Positions 63,562 to 64,000 of a DNA stretch of 64,000 nucleotides are shown here, in pieces. Under the pieces are notes generated by a model. That model made no database searches and had not been told where the DNA came from. It saw only the letters and a list, made by a program, of their open reading frames with translations. The position numbers were made by a program, and so were the translations under genes. The stretch lies in IMG/VR virus record IMGVR_UViG_3300028490_000005, positions 18,338 to 82,337 of that record; one strand, written 5' to 3'. Within the stretch, counting starts at the first letter, position 1, and the number at the start of each line of letters is the position of its first letter. The stretch is from a virus.

Positions 63562-64000
63562 ATGACATTTACTTACAAAACTATTGCAAACTTAACTCCT
63601 CAGGAATTTAACGAAAGATATGAGGCATTCAGAGTGTTCGCTGACGAGCAATTAGAAGTTGCTAAAGGATTAGCTGAAGATGAAGTTCACACTTCAAAAA
63701 TTGGTATTGATTTATGGGATAGAAAATCCTTAGATTCAGACTGTATTTATGGTCAAGATATGGAAGACACTATAGACACCATTACCAATTTCCAAATTGA
63801 AATTTCTGAGTATAGAAATAGAAGAGGGTTCAGAGTAGAAAATAAAGATTCAATTGACGGTGATTATGAAGATTCATACGCTGAAATCGGTTATGTAGGG
63901 TATCAAGCTTCTTGGTTAGAGCCAATAGAGAAAATTAGTGATAACACATTGAATTCTGAATTTAGGGAATTAGTTAAGACTTGGTTGGCACCAGAAGGAT
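63562..64000 (+). CDS. Acidic hypothetical early protein, truncated by the window end
   Basis: ATG directly after a promoter repeat; open to the edge. Confidence 0.6.
   Translation, partial: MTFTYKTIANLTPQEFNERYEAFRVFADEQLEVAKGLAEDEVHTSKIGIDLWDRKSLDSDCIYGQDMEDTIDTITNFQIEISEYRNRRGFRVENKDSIDGDYEDSYAEIGYVGYQASWLEPIEKISDNTLNSEFRELVKTWLAPEG

Noticed and set aside
1-64000. Alternative genetic code
   Set aside because: Code 11 gives dense full-length genes, and TAA, TAG and TGA all end well-supported ORFs

Overview
AT-rich, gene-dense segment of a large T4-related (Tevenvirinae/Eucampyvirinae-like) lytic phage genome. About 30 host-type promoters of the form TTAAG-N6-TTAAG-N11-TATAAT suggest a Campylobacterota host (inference). 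Almost every real gene is on the + strand; the one clear exception is a GIY-YIG homing endonuclease. Contents in order: (1) 1-7.8 kb, a predicted DNA base-modification cluster (GNAT-amidoligase-P-loop kinase fusion, DenB-like nuclease, thymidylate-synthase-family pyrimidine hydroxymethylase, 2OG-Fe(II) oxygenase, two kinases); (2) Thg1-like and RNA ligase genes; (3) a late-promoter array of seven small unrelated proteins that share an N-terminal M(L/I)(K/R)(E/Q)I(I/V/L)E leader; (4) T4-type replication/recombination core (uvsY, uvsW, gp45, gp32, rnh, gp61, dsbA); (5) long accessory regions built from promoter-bounded cassettes with several paralog families; (6) a 249-nt non-coding RNA with tRNA-like ends and tmRNA-like architecture; (7) a late operon of DUF285/BspA-repeat fibre-like proteins; (8) NAD salvage genes (NAMPT, NMNAT, NAD kinase), Nudix and MazG. 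The best novelty candidates are the tmRNA-like RNA, the base-hypermodification pathway, and the leader-peptide array of putative capsid-packaged proteins. All functional calls come from motif recognition by eye; no searches were run.
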